Part shown: positions 31,561 to 41,089 of the stretch, in pieces
Layout: every line of letters begins with the position of its first letter
How positions within the stretch are numbered: the first letter of the stretch is position 1
Source of the DNA: Psychromonas sp.
GTDB lineage: Bacteria > Pseudomonadota > Gammaproteobacteria > Enterobacterales > Psychromonadaceae
Direction of reading: 5' to 3'
Length of the DNA stretch: 61,545 nucleotides
Assembly: GCA_047632875.1 (NCBI GenBank)
Contig: JBLIEH010000001.1
Coordinates: forward strand, 1 to 61,545
The notes under the pieces: model-generated
Database searches by the model: none
Seen by the model: only the letters and a program-made list of their open reading frames with translations
Told to the model about the DNA's origin: nothing
Program-made: the position numbers and the translations under genes

Positions 31561-31577
31561 TTGGCACGGATCTTGAT
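31561..31577 (+). promoter_or_regulatory. sigma54 promoter of the pilus operon
   Basis: TTGGCACG-GATC-TTGAT; perfect -24 element, -12 is GA instead of GC. Confidence 0.65.
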
Positions 31578-31634
31578 AGGTAATGTATAAGTAAGATATT
31601 GGTCTTACTGTTTATATAATAAAAAGAGGTCTCT

Positions 31635-32012
31635 ATGAATAACTCAATGTCAAGTAAAAGAAAAAATCGTGGTTTTATACTAACTACAGAGCTAGTTTTG
31701 GTCGCCACTATTATGGTCGTTGGTTTAATTGCCGGTCTTGTCACAGTACGTGATTCGGTGACGGCTGAAATGGAAGATGTTGCCGAGGCTATTGGTCACT
31801 TTGATCAAACTTATGCCTTTAACGGCTTAGTCAATGGCGAACAAACAGCAACCGTTGCAGGTTCTGCCTTTGGTGATGCACCAGATACTTTGGCAGGTGA
31901 TGATGTTGTATTTACTTTTGTTGCCCCATCGACAGAGGAAGGTGACGGCGCAACGGCTGACAGTGCTGGAGCTGAATCAGCTAGACTTGCCGGCACCATT
32001 ATCGCGCCATAG
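31635..32012 (+). CDS. Putative major pilin (atypical Flp/type IV prepilin)
   Basis: Basic leader KRKNRG|FILTTELVLVATIMVVGLIAGL, hydrophobic helix, first gene of a Tad-like operon, GAGG RBS. Confidence 0.75.
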   Translation: MNNSMSSKRKNRGFILTTELVLVATIMVVGLIAGLVTVRDSVTAEMEDVAEAIGHFDQTYAFNGLVNGEQTATVAGSAFGDAPDTLAGDDVVFTFVAPSTEEGDGATADSAGAESARLAGTIIAP

Positions 32013-32026
32013 TCAACATCCTTACT

Positions 32027-32059
32027 TTATCACTGATTCAGTACATGAGTCGGTGATAA
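32027..32059 (+). terminator. Stem-loop after the pilin gene (partial terminator or mRNA stabiliser)
   Basis: TTATCACTGATTCA-gtaca-TGAGTCGGTGATAA with G-U pairs, no U tail. Confidence 0.55.
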
Positions 32060-32097
32060 TAGTCCCTTATCATTTCTTAAATATTTGAGGTGTTCCC

Positions 32098-32853
32098 ATG
32101 AAACGTAAGTGGAGAGGAAGTACCATCGCTGGATTTGTAATTTTTATTATTTCAGGTTTGTCAGCCAGTTTATTAGGGGTGCGACAGTTTGAACGTCATA
32201 CCACCCATGAGGTTATAGCTATTAATTCTGATATTAATAGTGGTACCCGGATAAATCAGACGATGTTAAGTAAGGTGAGAGTGGATAACGCGGTACAAGG
32301 CATTAAAGACCCGGCATTTATGATAGGTAAATATCTCAGCAACGATAAGAAGCAAGGCGAAACAATACAGCGGTCCGATTTAAAAAAACCGGCTCAATCT
32401 TGGTTGGCACAGCAAATCCCCCAAGGCAAAGTGCTTTATACGCTAAAACCAAAGCCGGGTTCCATTCCGCATACTCAACTTAGAAACGGAGATTATTTTG
32501 ATGTCTTGGTTGCCAATAGTCGTGGCGTTAGAACCGTAGCCCGCAGTGTGTTGCTGGTCGGAGCAATGTCAGATAACGCTAATAAAAAAAACCAAACTAA
32601 AAACGCTTTATCGGCCTCTGTTAACCCACAAAAAAACAAACCGCAGCCTTTGTTTTTGGTGGTGGCGGTATCTCCTGAAGAAGTTTATGACCTGGCGCGT
32701 ATTGGTGCCAAAGAAGCTGTTTCTCTTGTACTGCACGGCGTTAAGAGTGAAACGATTGGTAAGCGATTATCTATGATATCGAAACAAACGCACCGTCAAG
32801 TCGAGCTTATTTCCGGACCCAATAGACGCATGGTGAAAATAGCGCTTCAGTAA
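32098..32853 (+). CDS. CpaB/RcpC-like pilus assembly protein (SAF domain)
   Basis: N-terminal TM, VIAINSDINSGTRI, LAQQIPQGK, LRNGDYFDVL, VAVSPEE. Confidence 0.7.
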   Translation: MKRKWRGSTIAGFVIFIISGLSASLLGVRQFERHTTHEVIAINSDINSGTRINQTMLSKVRVDNAVQGIKDPAFMIGKYLSNDKKQGETIQRSDLKKPAQSWLAQQIPQGKVLYTLKPKPGSIPHTQLRNGDYFDVLVANSRGVRTVARSVLLVGAMSDNANKKNQTKNALSASVNPQKNKPQPLFLVVAVSPEEVYDLARIGAKEAVSLVLHGVKSETIGKRLSMISKQTHRQVELISGPNRRMVKIALQ

Positions 32854-32929
32854 TCACCTTAGCAAAGCAATCGTTTTGTGAATATGAATAATTTGATGGA
32901 CTAATTATATTGAATTTGAGGAAATGTAA

Positions 32930-33607
32930 ATGAATAAGCTTAACTATATTACTCTGCTGTTATTGACTGGCTGCAGCACGGTTCAAACCCCGATGAAAGA
33001 ACCGTATTTTAATCAACATCATGTGCTTAACCACTCAAAATCAATAGCAACTTATTATCAATTCGCGCATGATTTTGATGTTTTGCCTGCTAAACCGCTC
33101 GATAAGTCAAGGCAAGTAGTGCTGCGTTGTATTAGGGCACATAAAAGTACTATGGGTGATGACGTAAGTACACACAAGCCATCTTACTTAGATAGTCAAA
33201 CAGACCATCATGTTCAGTTGCAGCATTATCGAATGGCCACTCCATTTCATCAAAATGATGCACAGTTAACGCAAATAATGATGTCTGAATTAAAATTTTT
33301 CTATCAAAAATTAGAAAATATAAGTCAACCTTACCATTTGTTTGTTTTAGGTCATACCAATAGTGATGGTAGCTTGGCACTTAATAATCGACTCTCAAGC
33401 CAGCGTGCAAAAAATGCGCTGCAATACCTCAATTCCCTTGGTGTTGAACATGACTTGATGACAACTATAGGGATGGCAGACAGTTTGCCGCTGGCCACTT
33501 GGGATAAAAATAAACATGCGAATAACCGTCGCCTGGAAATTTTTATATATCGTCCTGATAATACTAAGCCAACCCTGGAGAATCATTGTTATGAACGTAT
33601 ATTATAA
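32930..33607 (+). CDS. OmpA-domain lipoprotein in the pilus operon
   Basis: Lipobox LLTGC; LGHTNSDGS..LN..LS.QRA, NRRLEI. Confidence 0.8.
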   Translation: MNKLNYITLLLLTGCSTVQTPMKEPYFNQHHVLNHSKSIATYYQFAHDFDVLPAKPLDKSRQVVLRCIRAHKSTMGDDVSTHKPSYLDSQTDHHVQLQHYRMATPFHQNDAQLTQIMMSELKFFYQKLENISQPYHLFVLGHTNSDGSLALNNRLSSQRAKNALQYLNSLGVEHDLMTTIGMADSLPLATWDKNKHANNRRLEIFIYRPDNTKPTLENHCYERIL

Positions 33608-35564
33608 ATTGAACAGTCATCTATTACTTTTGTTATTCAGCTGCTTATTTGTTTCGTTACGAGCATTTGCGGGGTTAGATTATATCGAGGATGCTAATGG
33701 TAAAAAATTGGCTAACCATCGCGACTTTATTCAATGGACGCATTCAAGACTGGTTTTTAGTGAAGAAATTAAACGTGTCGCGGTAGGACAAGATAAAACC
33801 TTGGAAGTTGAGATTATTGGCACTAAAGAGCTGTTGATACTGGCGAAACAGGTTGGGAAAACGTCGATGATCGTCTGGTATGAAGGTGGACGAACCGAAA
33901 CGTTCTTATTTAGTGTCACTGAAGACTTATCAGTGTTACGCAGTGCTTTAACTGATATTCACCCCGCTATTCGACTTGAGCTGGCGCCTGATCGTCCAGC
34001 CTTAATCTTACGCGGGACCGTGCCATCGATTGATTACAAAATTGCGGCTGAAGCGGCTGCTCGACATTATTTAGGGGCGAGTCAAAAAAATAAACCGGGC
34101 AAAACCGGCAATAACTCCGCGCAAGTATTTTCCGATGCATTGGACATGATTACTGCTAATCAAAATACCTCGACAAATGATATTTTCAGGTTAAATGCCA
34201 GCCAACTGCTCGGTCAATCTCAAGCGGCTATTATCAATTTAATTAAATTAAAAATAATGCCAAGAACCTTGGAGGAGAAAGTCGAGGATGCTATTAGCAA
34301 CTACCATCAAGGCACAGTAACAGTTACCCGTATAGTTAAGGGGGATATTGCGAATAATCAAGAAGATATTCTTCTACTTGACGGTGATGTAGCAGATCAG
34401 GTGGCATTAACGCGGATCCTCAACATCGCGGCACGTCTTTTCGTCGGTAGTGATAACAGAGGGGAGATCACCATTACCGCTGTAACCGATGAAGGGGGCG
34501 GTATATTAAGTCAGCTCGGCGCCAGCAACACTGGCAGCAGTCTCTTTGGTAAATCGACGACGGGTAAAAAAGGTAATGATATACGCTCAAATATTGCGCG
34601 TTCCAAACTCTTGTCTATGGCTGACGGTCGTATTTTATCGACGATTAAAGTGAAGGACTTACCCAAAATTCGGGTAGCTGTTCAAATTCATGAAGTAAAC
34701 CGTAATAGAATGCTACGTTGGCGTCCTGATTTTAGTTTAAAAACTAATGGTTATAGCGAAGATGGGTTGTTCGGCCTAGGAGGTTTATCAGAACAGTCCG
34801 AAGGGGCGAATAGCATTGAAAATGCGCTGCAACTGTTAGGAGGCTCATTGACAAATAATTTACAGTTTACAAGCAATGCTATGGCTTTTGATTTGCTTTT
34901 CTCATTAATGGAACAAGAAGGCATTTCAAAAAGCTTGTCTAGGCCAACTATAACCGTTCTCACGGGGGAAACCGCGGTATTTAATGTCGGCGGTGAAGTG
35001 CCTATTCCGACAGCATTTGCGCCAACAGGCATCAAATCAGGGGATGAAATTGGCAGTAACACGGCAGGCGTGTTTAGTGGTACCACCTTTAAATCTTTTG
35101 GGGTCTCACTCAGTTTACGGGCAGTAGTCGATGAAGATGACCGTATTACGTTAGATATTAATCCTTCAATCTCTGCACCAGATACTTTGTTAACACAACA
35201 AATATCAGGCAGTACCGGCAGTAAGCTTAACAGCTCTGCATTTAATGTACGCAGTATCAATACAACGGCGCAATTAAAAGATGGACAACCTTTGGTGTTA
35301 GCCGGCTTAGTTTATAGTGAACATTCATCAAGTGATAACTTTACGCCAGGCCTAAATAGCGTGCCTGTACTGGGTAAGTTAGCCCAGCAATACAATGACA
35401 CTGAACAAGAGCGTGAATTGGTTATTATTGTCACTCCGACCTTAGTGAGAGAATCCCGCGGCGACGTTCATTTGTGGTCATTTCCGAGCACTTTTGAGTT
35501 GGCGGCAAGTGCACTGATGCCGGTTGCAAAACAACCATACGTATCAATAACTGCAGAGGATTAG
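33591..35564 (+). CDS. RcpA/CpaC-type secretin
   Basis: Signal peptide, N-domain RVAVGQ...GKTSMIVW, A.F.VGGEVPIP, F.SFGVSL, TTAQLKDGQ.LVLAGL, VPVLGKL, ELVIIVTP; GGAG RBS before ATG 33591. Confidence 0.88.
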   Translation: MNVYYKLNSHLLLLLFSCLFVSLRAFAGLDYIEDANGKKLANHRDFIQWTHSRLVFSEEIKRVAVGQDKTLEVEIIGTKELLILAKQVGKTSMIVWYEGGRTETFLFSVTEDLSVLRSALTDIHPAIRLELAPDRPALILRGTVPSIDYKIAAEAAARHYLGASQKNKPGKTGNNSAQVFSDALDMITANQNTSTNDIFRLNASQLLGQSQAAIINLIKLKIMPRTLEEKVEDAISNYHQGTVTVTRIVKGDIANNQEDILLLDGDVADQVALTRILNIAARLFVGSDNRGEITITAVTDEGGGILSQLGASNTGSSLFGKSTTGKKGNDIRSNIARSKLLSMADGRILSTIKVKDLPKIRVAVQIHEVNRNRMLRWRPDFSLKTNGYSEDGLFGLGGLSEQSEGANSIENALQLLGGSLTNNLQFTSNAMAFDLLFSLMEQEGISKSLSRPTITVLTGETAVFNVGGEVPIPTAFAPTGIKSGDEIGSNTAGVFSGTTFKSFGVSLSLRAVVDEDDRITLDINPSISAPDTLLTQQISGSTGSKLNSSAFNVRSINTTAQLKDGQPLVLAGLVYSEHSSSDNFTPGLNSVPVLGKLAQQYNDTEQERELVIIVTPTLVRESRGDVHLWSFPSTFELAASALMPVAKQPYVSITAED

Positions 35565-35567
35565 AAC

Positions 35568-36293
35568 ATGAAAAATCTTATTATCACCTTGACCTGCTTC
35601 TATCTCATTGCTTGTAGTTCGATCACCAAGCGTTCATTGGTGGACAATACCGATCCTAATGAACAAGTCACTCGCATCTTCACCACTTTTCACGAACAAA
35701 CCGATAAAGGGATGACATGTCATCCAGAGTCTACGCCAGGCCAACAAAATGATTGTGAAGGTCTTCTAAAAGAAGCCATGCAATTGTATACCGCCTTTCC
35801 GAATAACGAAAAGGCACAGATGCTCAATGCTTTTTTATTCTATGAGCATGGCCGGCGTGAACAAGCGACATTTTTGTTAGATCAGCTGCTACAGCAGAAT
35901 AAACCGCGTCCTGAGGCTGCCATCATGCGCAGTAAAATGGCAATGGAAGAGGGTAACCTCAATCTAGCGCAAAGCATATTACTACAACAAATAAATCAAA
36001 ATCCTATTTATAGTGAACTGCATGAAACCCTCGCGGCGGTTTACTATTTAAAGGATGATTATGTGAAAGCATTACAAGCCTTAAGTAGAGCTGAGCAATT
36101 TGGTGCGCCTGACTGGCGAGTTAGCTTCCACCGAGGTTTAGTGTTTGAAAATCAAGGTTTGCGTGAAGCTGCTTGTTTACAGTACTTGAAAACTTCACAG
36201 ATCAAATCTGATTTTTTATTAGCGACGAGCCGTATATTTGCGTTATCAGATATTCCGGTATGTTTACAATTTGAACCTTTTATAAGGGGATAA
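35568..36293 (+). CDS. TPR lipoprotein (TadD-like pilotin)
   Basis: Lipobox LIAC, TPR-like helices (LAAVYYL..DY.KA...L; RGLVFE.QG). Confidence 0.7.
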   Translation: MKNLIITLTCFYLIACSSITKRSLVDNTDPNEQVTRIFTTFHEQTDKGMTCHPESTPGQQNDCEGLLKEAMQLYTAFPNNEKAQMLNAFLFYEHGRREQATFLLDQLLQQNKPRPEAAIMRSKMAMEEGNLNLAQSILLQQINQNPIYSELHETLAAVYYLKDDYVKALQALSRAEQFGAPDWRVSFHRGLVFENQGLREAACLQYLKTSQIKSDFLLATSRIFALSDIPVCLQFEPFIRG

Positions 36294-36296
36294 CTC

Positions 36297-37610
36297 ATGT
36301 TTGAATCAAATGACCAGGCACAAAACTCTGCGGATATTCGCCGTATTCGCCAATTTATTCACCAACAATTAATCGGCTCCGTAGACTTAGAGCAAGATCA
36401 AAATCTCCATGAGGCAAAGGTTTTAAAAATAAAAATAGCGACGTTAATTGCGCAATTTGAAGAAAAAATGGGTATGCCTATTGGGGCCGACATCCATCTG
36501 CAGATAATGGATCAAATTACCCATGAAGTTAATGGTTATGGACCTTTAACAGGTTTAATGATGGATCCTGGCATCTCGGATATTTTAATTAACGGCGCAA
36601 AGGATATATGGATTGATCGCGCAGGTAAATTACAAAAAACGGCCATTGAATTTGATGACCAGCAACATTTGCGTCGAATGCTTGATAGGTTATTGGCAGA
36701 TCAAGGCAAACGATTGGACAGCCAATCACCAACGGTCGACGCTAAACTACCTGATGGTAGCCGCTTGCATGCTTTAATAGCGCCACTCTGTAAAAATGGG
36801 CCAGTGGTATCGATAAGGCGATTTACCCACCAACCACACTCTGCGGCTGCATTGGTAAAAAATGGAATGCTATCACAAAATATGCTTGATTTTCTGACTG
36901 TTGCAATCAAAGCAGGTTGTAATATGGTTATCGCTGGTGGTGCATCTGTAGGAAAAACTACCTTATTAAATGCGTTATCTGAATTTATTCCAAGCGCTGA
37001 GCGAGTCATAACCATCGAAGAATCAGCTGAGTTATGCCTACGCCATCCACATGTGATCTCACTAGAAGCTCGGCAAAAAAACAATCATGGTCAGGGTGGT
37101 TTCCCGTTACGTGAATTACTGCGTAATGCACTGCGTATGCGTGCAGATCGAATAATCATCGGTGAAGTCCGTGGCGAAGAGGTATTTGATATGCTGCAAG
37201 CTATGACCGTGGGACATAACGGCAGTATGACAACTGTACATGCTAATCATCCTCGTGATGTCATTGGGCGATTAGAATCTCTCGCTTTGTTAAGTCATGA
37301 GCAAATGCCCATGAGCAGCATTCATAGTCTACTGAGTGCTGCGATGAAACTCATCGTATATTTAACCCGAAGCCAGGACGGTAACCGCTACGTTACCCAT
37401 ATTTGTGAAGTGATACCAGAGCAAGGCCATTTAGCAGTGAAAGACATTTTTTCTCGGCAAGTATATGAACCATTCCCCAGTAAAAATAAGGCACAGCCGC
37501 AAGATAGGCATTATCAAGAGCATTACCGTCCGCCACAACTTATTAGTCAGTTAACAGAGAAAGGGGCTGTAATAGCTGAGCATTTTCACTCTGGATATGT
37601 CATTAAATAA
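36297..37610 (+). CDS. tadA: TadA/CpaF pilus assembly ATPase
   Basis: GYGPL..L..DP.ISDILING, VDAKLPDGSR, GGASVGKTT, TIEESAEL, LRMRADRIIIGEVRG, GH.GS.TTVHAN. Confidence 0.92.
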   Translation: MFESNDQAQNSADIRRIRQFIHQQLIGSVDLEQDQNLHEAKVLKIKIATLIAQFEEKMGMPIGADIHLQIMDQITHEVNGYGPLTGLMMDPGISDILINGAKDIWIDRAGKLQKTAIEFDDQQHLRRMLDRLLADQGKRLDSQSPTVDAKLPDGSRLHALIAPLCKNGPVVSIRRFTHQPHSAAALVKNGMLSQNMLDFLTVAIKAGCNMVIAGGASVGKTTLLNALSEFIPSAERVITIEESAELCLRHPHVISLEARQKNNHGQGGFPLRELLRNALRMRADRIIIGEVRGEEVFDMLQAMTVGHNGSMTTVHANHPRDVIGRLESLALLSHEQMPMSSIHSLLSAAMKLIVYLTRSQDGNRYVTHICEVIPEQGHLAVKDIFSRQVYEPFPSKNKAQPQDRHYQEHYRPPQLISQLTEKGAVIAEHFHSGYVIK

Positions 37611-37621
37611 AGGATCTGCAT

Positions 37622-38503
37622 ATGTTTGAAATGATATTTTTTATAGGATCATTAGTCGTTGTATTGGCTTCCTTCATATTCATTAACTATCAAACCAAGC
37701 ATACAATGGCGGCTAATGGCGATATAACCCAAGTTTTGTTAGCAACAGTAGATAAAAAAATAAATTTTTGGCAGCGCGCAAGGTGGTTAGTGGGAACGCA
37801 ACTTCCGCCAATATTGCTGAGCATGGTGGTTTTAACGACGGGCACTCTGCTTGGCTTGTTATTTTTAGATTATTTTCCAACTCATTACTATTTAGCGCTG
37901 ATTACGAGCTTGCTATTTATGTTGATTATAGGTTTGCTGGTGAAAGATATTTTGGCATGGCGGGCTAAAATATTTGAAAATGCACTCTATGATATTGTGC
38001 TGACAATGCACGCGGCTGCTTCGTGCGGTGCACCTGCATCGCTGGCATTAGCACAAGCGGCAGAGAATTCGCGTGGATTTATTAAAGGCGCATTAAATAA
38101 TATGCTTCAACGGCTTGAGTTAGGTGCTGATATTAAATCTTCCAGCAAAGCTTTGGCCGATCATTTTCCCTCTGAAGGCATGCGCTTGTTTCTAAATAGC
38201 ATCGAATTTTGTTGGCAGTCAGAGAGTAATTTAGAAGCCGTTTTAGCCGGGTTAGCCAGCGTATTGCGTGAAAGGTTAGCTTTTAAACGTAAAATTATAG
38301 GGCAATTATCAGGTACAGTTTACGCTGCAGTTACTGCTGCTCTTTTTCCTTATGGACTGATCCCATACTTAAATTGGCAGCAGCCTGATTGGCTTACTCC
38401 TTTGACGGAACATCCTTATGGACCGATTTTTTTAGTCAGTGCATTGACCTGTCAAGTCGTTGGTTTTATTTGGATCAGGGCTATTTTAAGGAGTACTCTA
38501 TAA
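37622..38503 (+). CDS. tadB: TadB-like platform protein (T2SSF domain)
   Basis: TM pattern, NLE.VL..LA.VLRER, follows the ATPase. Confidence 0.72.
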   Translation: MFEMIFFIGSLVVVLASFIFINYQTKHTMAANGDITQVLLATVDKKINFWQRARWLVGTQLPPILLSMVVLTTGTLLGLLFLDYFPTHYYLALITSLLFMLIIGLLVKDILAWRAKIFENALYDIVLTMHAAASCGAPASLALAQAAENSRGFIKGALNNMLQRLELGADIKSSSKALADHFPSEGMRLFLNSIEFCWQSESNLEAVLAGLASVLRERLAFKRKIIGQLSGTVYAAVTAALFPYGLIPYLNWQQPDWLTPLTEHPYGPIFLVSALTCQVVGFIWIRAILRSTL

Positions 38504-39342
38504 TGTCAGGTTTTGCGATTGACATAACCCTGCTGATCACCACTGTATTGAGCCTGATACTGGTCTATCAACTGCAAAAGATCAGCACGGCTCAGCCTAA
38601 TACAATCTTACCAACGCTACCCCAAAAATCGACTGGTCGATTTAGTACACTGTTATGGCCACAGGTTTTGATTAGGCAAGCGGGCATCAACCCCGAAGAT
38701 ATTAAACCGTTATATTTTCCAATTAAAATAATGATCACGCTAACCGTCATACTGTGTCTGTATGAGTTTCCTTCGCCATGGCAGCATGGTCTAGTCGTAA
38801 CAATTGCTGCAATTACGGGTTATTACAGTATAGATTTATGGTTACTGCAGCGTAGGCAACAGAGACGCGATCAAATCATTCACAGTTTAAGTTTTTTTAT
38901 TGATTTGATCATAGCGCAACTTCAAGCTGGTGCTTCATTACAACAAGCCATTAAAACCTCGGGGAGTATTGGCTTTGTTGCCACTCACCCACTCGCCTTA
39001 GAATCAAAGCTTATGTATGCCGAGTTAGAACTTGGACAAGACTGGGCAACTTCGTTTTCAGCTCTTTGGCAACGTACAGGCGTTACTGAACTAAAACAGC
39101 TTTCGATCATTATTAATACCGGATTACGGCTTGGGGTACCCATTTCATCAACCTTAGCGCATCAGTCGAATATTTTAAGAGATAAGCAGCAACAATTGAT
39201 GCTCAAAAAAGTCAACAAGAAAAACATTGAAATGTTATTACCAATGATCCTGGTTTGTCTGCCAATGTTTTTTGTACTGGTGCTATTTCCGGCCATTGTA
39301 CAAGTGAGTGAAGTATTTAAATTACTTAAACTTTTATTTTAA
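38503..39342 (+). CDS. tadC: TadC-like platform protein (T2SSF domain)
   Basis: DL....LQAG.SL.QA, RTGV.EL, G.PI..TL..QS..LR, MLLPMILVCLP..F.LVLFPA; TAATG coupling to tadB. Confidence 0.78.
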   Translation: MSGFAIDITLLITTVLSLILVYQLQKISTAQPNTILPTLPQKSTGRFSTLLWPQVLIRQAGINPEDIKPLYFPIKIMITLTVILCLYEFPSPWQHGLVVTIAAITGYYSIDLWLLQRRQQRRDQIIHSLSFFIDLIIAQLQAGASLQQAIKTSGSIGFVATHPLALESKLMYAELELGQDWATSFSALWQRTGVTELKQLSIIINTGLRLGVPISSTLAHQSNILRDKQQQLMLKKVNKKNIEMLLPMILVCLPMFFVLVLFPAIVQVSEVFKLLKLLF

Positions 39343-39388
39343 CTAACAGGCTCTAGTCAGACTCGATGTGTTATCAAAGGAACCCACA

Positions 39389-40528
39389 ATGAAAAAGAAT
39401 TACGCGGCTAAGTTTAGCAAACACAAACAACAGGGCTTTATTATTACTTTGGAATTACTGTTAATTGTTACCATTTTGGTCTTGGGTACTTTGGGTGGAG
39501 TGATCGCTATCCGCGATGCGTTAGTTAAGCATTATAGTAACCAGCAAGCACAGAAAACCTTGGTCGTAGATGATAATGGCGCAGTACTGGGCGAAGCGGT
39601 CGATTATGATGAGCATGACGCGCCGAGAATATTTTATATTGACCGAACATTGGAGCAGAATTATCGCGTCTTGATTGGCGTCCGTGATGACCGATTTACC
39701 AGCCGAGAACCTATTTATTATAGCGGCAGCCAGTGTAGCGGCGACCCTTGTATTAAAAGTATCAGCGACGAAGCTACAGATAGTCAAGGCATAGACTCAC
39801 TGCCTGGCACTGGCAGTGTCAGTTATTTTAATGCCTTACAGGGCCAGCCTAATTACGCTATCGGGAGAGGTGATGAAGGTTTGCAAGGGTTTCTGTATCG
39901 AGAATCCATTCAACAATGCCCGGTCAACTCAAGCGAAATTGGATCTCGCTGGTTGTCGCAGAAAGTGGTTAGTGGGGAGCCCTGTGAGGAGTACAGCGCA
40001 GAGAGCTCAGGAACCAGTGCGGCTTATGCCGATTGTTTGATCGATACCGGGGACGATTGCCAATGCCCGGTCAATTACCTTGACCAAAGTGATATATTGA
40101 GCACTTATCTACCTGAAATAGAAACACAACTTTTTACTGTTATTGCTAGTATAAATAATGTGTTGTTGCCAACTGGGCAGCAAATTGAAGACGTCACTAT
40201 CGGCACTTTATGTTGTCCTGAAGCGAGCAGTTTAAGCGGTGTTGATTTAGTTGATGCTGCGACTTACTCAATAGTTAATACCCTGATCAATGATCCAAAT
40301 TTACAGTTAAACAATGGGATAAAAAATCGACTCGACAATATCATAAGTCCTCTGCAGGGAGAGTTGCTTTGTGAGTCACTGGCACAATTTAAATTAGCCG
40401 TCTCAGTACCATCGGCAAATGATCCGGACAAAAATGCGCTTGAACCTTTTTTAAGTCCGTTCTGGGTTAATTTACCCCTAGATTCGTCAGAGGATAATTG
40501 GCAGAGTATAGCCCCCACGGGAGAATGA
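39389..40528 (+). CDS. Large pilin-like protein with acidic, Cys-rich domain (putative minor pilin or adhesin)
   Basis: KHKQQG|FIITLELLLIVTILVLG...AIRDA, paralogous to the N-terminus of 31635; 10 Cys. Confidence 0.7.
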   Translation: MKKNYAAKFSKHKQQGFIITLELLLIVTILVLGTLGGVIAIRDALVKHYSNQQAQKTLVVDDNGAVLGEAVDYDEHDAPRIFYIDRTLEQNYRVLIGVRDDRFTSREPIYYSGSQCSGDPCIKSISDEATDSQGIDSLPGTGSVSYFNALQGQPNYAIGRGDEGLQGFLYRESIQQCPVNSSEIGSRWLSQKVVSGEPCEEYSAESSGTSAAYADCLIDTGDDCQCPVNYLDQSDILSTYLPEIETQLFTVIASINNVLLPTGQQIEDVTIGTLCCPEASSLSGVDLVDAATYSIVNTLINDPNLQLNNGIKNRLDNIISPLQGELLCESLAQFKLAVSVPSANDPDKNALEPFLSPFWVNLPLDSSEDNWQSIAPTGE

Positions 40529-40742
40529 TAAATACTAAGGCAGAGTGAAATATCAATGAGCTGGTTGATGCTTAGCCGCTTTCTATCCGTCCAGTCTTAC
40601 AATCTGTTAATGAAGGTTAATTTATTAGATGTGATCGCTGGGAAATCAACAATGCTGGCATTAAGAAAGGTATTTTGGCACGGCATTTATATATATGTCC
40701 TCAACGAACTTGTTTTCATTAAAGCTAGGCGAAAATTGTACC

Positions 40743-40854
40743 AGACTTAGAGACTTAGAGATTTAGAGATTTAGAGACTTAGAGACTTAGAGACTTAGAG
40801 ACTTAGAAACATGGAAACATGGAAACATGGAAACATGAAAACATGAAAACATGG
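40743..40854. repeat. Compound 8-bp tandem repeat (VNTR)
   Basis: 8 x AGAYTTAG (40743-40806) then 6 x AAACATGR (40807-40854). Confidence 0.95.
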
Positions 40855-40941
40855 AAATTTTGCGATACTCGCTTGATTTTCATATTATTTAATTAATATT
40901 AAAGTTAATTTTTTACGTTTTATGGTTAGATGTGTCAGGCG

Positions 40942-40968
40942 TTTTGCTTTGCAAAATGCAATGCAAAA
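40942..40968. promoter_or_regulatory. LuxO-type enhancer 2
   Basis: TTTTGCTTTGCA-AAA-TGCAATGCAAAA; core 40949-40961. Confidence 0.75.
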
Positions 40969-41015
40969 TAATAAACAAGGGTGTAAATGTACGCGGCTTT
41001 TATTTAAAGCTTTTA

Positions 41016-41049
41016 AATCAAAGTGTTACTATTTGGTATATATCTTGCT
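41016..41049 (+). promoter_or_regulatory. IHF site and sigma54 promoter of the binding protein/kinase operon
   Basis: AATCAA-AGTG-TTA (41016-41028) matches WATCAA-N4-TTR; TTGGTATATATCTTGCT with GG 41035-36 and GC 41047-48. Confidence 0.7.
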
Positions 41050-41089
41050 TCATAACTAATACGTTTTGCCAACAGCTAAAGTGAGCCAG

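Noticed and set aside
40556-40750. 64-aa ORF after the pilus operon as the missing prepilin peptidase
   Set aside because: Too short, with no multi-TM pattern or GxGD aspartyl motif
40743-40854. Possible CRISPR array
   Set aside because: Contiguous 8-bp units with no unique spacers, and no cas genes in the window
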